Shown: in pieces, positions 5,347-7,299 of the stretch
Layout of the letters: each line of letters starts with the position of its first letter
Numbering within the stretch: the stretch's first letter is position 1
NCBI GenBank assembly: GCA_934691225.1
Contig: CAKUSQ010000007.1
Coordinates: 1-7,299 of the forward strand
Reading direction: 5' to 3'
From: an uncultured Opitutales bacterium
GTDB lineage: Bacteria > Verrucomicrobiota > Verrucomicrobiia > Opitutales > UBA9783
Length of the DNA: 7,299 nt
Translations under genes and position numbers: made by a program
Notes under the pieces: generated by a model
Database searches by the model: none
What the model saw: the letters and a program-made list of their open reading frames with translations, nothing else
Told to the model about the DNA's origin: nothing

Positions 5347-6178
5347 ATATTCCAAACAATCGAATCTTTAAACGTTCAGCTTCACTGATAACCTCTGCTT
5401 TATTTAAAAGAATTGTACGAGAAGCTTCAAGTGCAGCCCAATGAATCTTTGCAGCGTACATTTTACGTAACGTTCTCAATCCAAAAACAGGCACATCAAA
5501 CCGAAAATCTTGATTTTGCTTAGCCAACTTAATAAGGCCCATAGGACGATCACAGATATCACCTGCACGTTCAATCATAGCATCCGTCCCATCAAAAGCC
5601 TCAGCAATAACCACTGTACCTCGACTAACAACAATGCTTTGACCAATATCTAAAGCTGCTACACTACGGCAAATCTCAACATTTTTATCCAATATCTCCT
5701 GTGGTATTTCAAGCAACCCCTCTGAAGTCATATCCCCCAAGGTAGCTAACTGATCCTCTAAAAAAGAACGTGCATCTAAGACATAAATCCCTAATTTTTC
5801 AATTTCTTTAATGAGTGCTCCGAAAATGGTTGTTGCATTTTTTTCCTTCAATCTTGCTAACAACCACAAAGCTTTCAAATCTGGATTTAAGCCATGGAAC
5901 AATTTCTTAGGCGTAATTTGTCCCGCTAAAATAACGTAACGCGCGCGACATTTTTTCAACGCTTTCAACCAAGTGCTTACTTGTCCCACAGGAAATTCAA
6001 AATAACGTTCATTCTTTGATGAAATCCAATCTAAATCTTCAAAAGCGAAAACATAACTTTTTGCTTTTCTTTCTTCCAAACGTTTCCAAATTAACTTTGG
6101 ATATTCCCCCTTACCTGCTAGAATAACGATGGGTAAGGATGGATTAAAATCATCAGGTAAAAAATTTACACTCATCAT
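5345..6178 (-). CDS. lpxI: UDP-2,3-diacylglucosamine pyrophosphatase LpxI (DUF1009 family), lipid A biosynthesis
   Basis: It is collinear with my memory of Caulobacter LpxI. The N-terminus is IVILAGKGEYP, followed by a second Rossmann-like strand YVILAGQITP. The catalytic-domain signature is AALDIGQSIVVSRGTVVIAEAFDGTDAMIERAG, followed by FDVPVFGLRTL. Its ATG overlaps the leuS stop (ATGA at 6178..6175). Confidence 0.85.
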   Translation of the reverse strand: MMSVNFLPDDFNPSLPIVILAGKGEYPKLIWKRLEERKAKSYVFAFEDLDWISSKNERYFEFPVGQVSTWLKALKKCRARYVILAGQITPKKLFHGLNPDLKALWLLARLKEKNATTIFGALIKEIEKLGIYVLDARSFLEDQLATLGDMTSEGLLEIPQEILDKNVEICRSVAALDIGQSIVVSRGTVVIAEAFDGTDAMIERAGDICDRPMGLIKLAKQNQDFRFDVPVFGLRTLRKMYAAKIHWAALEASRTILLNKAEVISEAERLKIRLFGI

Positions 6179-7299
6179 AAAATAACTACAAAGTTTACTA
6201 ATTTTTTTGGAACATAAATCTCCTTTACGAGCGTTCCTTTGGATAAATACGCAACAACTTTAGAAGCCTTTTTAGCGGCTGCAATAATTTCAGAAGGTTC
6301 AGCATTCGCAGGTACATTAACCTCATCACGAACTTTTCCATTCACCTGAACCACCACTTTCAATTGCGAGCGAACACACTTAGAAGCATCAAAGTTAGGC
6401 CATGCAGCTTCTGTAATAGAAGCTTTTTCTCCCAAACGTTCCCACAATTCTTCAGCGATATGTGGGGCAAAAGGCGCTAATAATTGCAAAAAAACTTTGG
6501 CAGAATTTTTTGATATTTGCGGCTCTTTCTGAATACCATTAAGGCATATCATCAACTGTGAAATAGCTGTATTGAAACGCAAATTCTCAATGGCTTCTGT
6601 AACTTTTAAAATTGTTTCATGCAACAAATGTTGAAATTCAGCAGAATCACAAGCACCGAGCATCTTCTTTGTAATTTCACCTTCTAAATCAACAAATTCA
6701 CGCCACACTTTTTTCAAAAACCGATAAACCCCTTCCACATTCTGAAGGCTCCACGGTTTAGAAGCTTCCAAAGGCCCTAAAAACATTTCATACAAACGCA
6801 ATGCATCTGCACCATATTCATCAATAACGCTGTTAGGGTTAATGACATTCCCCAAAGATTTAGACATTTTATTTCCATCTGGCCCTAAAATAATCCCCGG
6901 ATGAAACAATTTTTTGAAAGGCTCAGACGTGGGTAATAAACCTAAATCAAATAAAAACTGATGCCAAAAGCGCGCGTAAAGTAAATGTAAAACAGCATGT
7001 TCAGCACCACCAATATACATATCGGGTGTTTCCCAATAATACAGGGCTTTATCATCCACAAAATTATTTGAAAAATGTGGTGATAAATAACGCAAATAGT
7101 ACCAACATGAACCTGCCCATTGCGGCATCGTATTGGTTTCACGAACACCTGTAATCCATCCTTTTTCTACAAATCCATCCGCAGGTAAAATTTCTCCTGT
7201 GGAACAATTCATTTTTACATTCAACCAAGATGAATCCGCATTTTGTAAGGGAGTTGTAGATCCCATCGTTGGTTTATAAGAGGATACTTCGGGTAACGT
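6175..7299 (-). CDS. leuS: leucyl-tRNA synthetase, C-terminal ~375 aa (5' end beyond the right edge)
   Basis: The KMSKS motif is encoded at 6856..6870 (revcomp AAA ATG TCT AAA TCT). Other LeuS-specific blocks are RETNTMPQWAGSCWYYLRY, YIGGAEHAVLHLLYARFWH and GADALRLYEMFLGP. The frame stays open upstream of the track's Met at 7266 (...TLPEVSSYKPTMGSTTPL), so the gene continues off the window. Confidence 0.95.
   Translation of the reverse strand, partial: TLPEVSSYKPTMGSTTPLQNADSSWLNVKMNCSTGEILPADGFVEKGWITGVRETNTMPQWAGSCWYYLRYLSPHFSNNFVDDKALYYWETPDMYIGGAEHAVLHLLYARFWHQFLFDLGLLPTSEPFKKLFHPGIILGPDGNKMSKSLGNVINPNSVIDEYGADALRLYEMFLGPLEASKPWSLQNVEGVYRFLKKVWREFVDLEGEITKKMLGACDSAEFQHLLHETILKVTEAIENLRFNTAISQLMICLNGIQKEPQISKNSAKVFLQLLAPFAPHIAEELWERLGEKASITEAAWPNFDASKCVRSQLKVVVQVNGKVRDEVNVPANAEPSEIIAAAKKASKVVAYLSKGTLVKEIYVPKKLVNFVVIL

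Noticed and set aside
6942-7148. 68-aa out-of-frame ORF within leuS
   Set aside because: It is nested in the most conserved part of leuS (WYYLRY to HLLYARFW), so it is certainly spurious.
1-7299. Scan for CRISPR repeats, IS or transposon ends, integrase or recombinase genes, toxin-antitoxin pairs and known defence-system domains
   Set aside because: None found. There are no spaced direct repeats, no terminal inverted repeats flanking any block, and no small two-gene cassette with TA-like features. All large ORFs are accounted for.

Overview
Low-GC bacterial chromosomal window with no rRNA, tRNA, CRISPR array, transposase or integrase that I can see. It holds 11 protein-coding genes in three transcription blocks. 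(i) Minus strand, left edge: a HIT-family nucleotide hydrolase/phosphorylase (438..914), followed 3 nt later by the 5' part of a membrane protein that looks PgpH/YqfF-like (434..1, runs off the window). (ii) Plus strand, diverging from a 172-nt AT-rich promoter region: YugP-type membrane Zn-metallopeptidase, Nudix hydrolase, family-2 glycosyltransferase (KdtX/WaaE-like) and a ~290-aa sugar-phosphate nucleotidyltransferase. These four are joined by three consecutive 8-nt start/stop overlaps. Two orphan ORFs with hydrophobic N-termini follow (3991..4533, 4533..5297). (iii) Minus strand, right side: leuS (5' end off the window) overlapping lpxI by ATGA. Blocks (ii) and (iii) converge on one shared hairpin terminator (5318..5346). 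Most of the window is ordinary housekeeping or envelope metabolism, and I see no hallmark of a known defence or mobile system. The best candidate for something undescribed is the orphan exported-protein pair at 3991..5297, appended to the GT2/nucleotidyltransferase operon. Its first gene sits in a clear compositional dip. The lineage is not determinable from here. LpxI implies a lipid-A-making diderm. The LeuS motif type (NTMPQWAGSCWYYLRY) and the near absence of Shine-Dalgarno sequences argue against Proteobacteria. An intracellular or symbiont lineage is only a guess.
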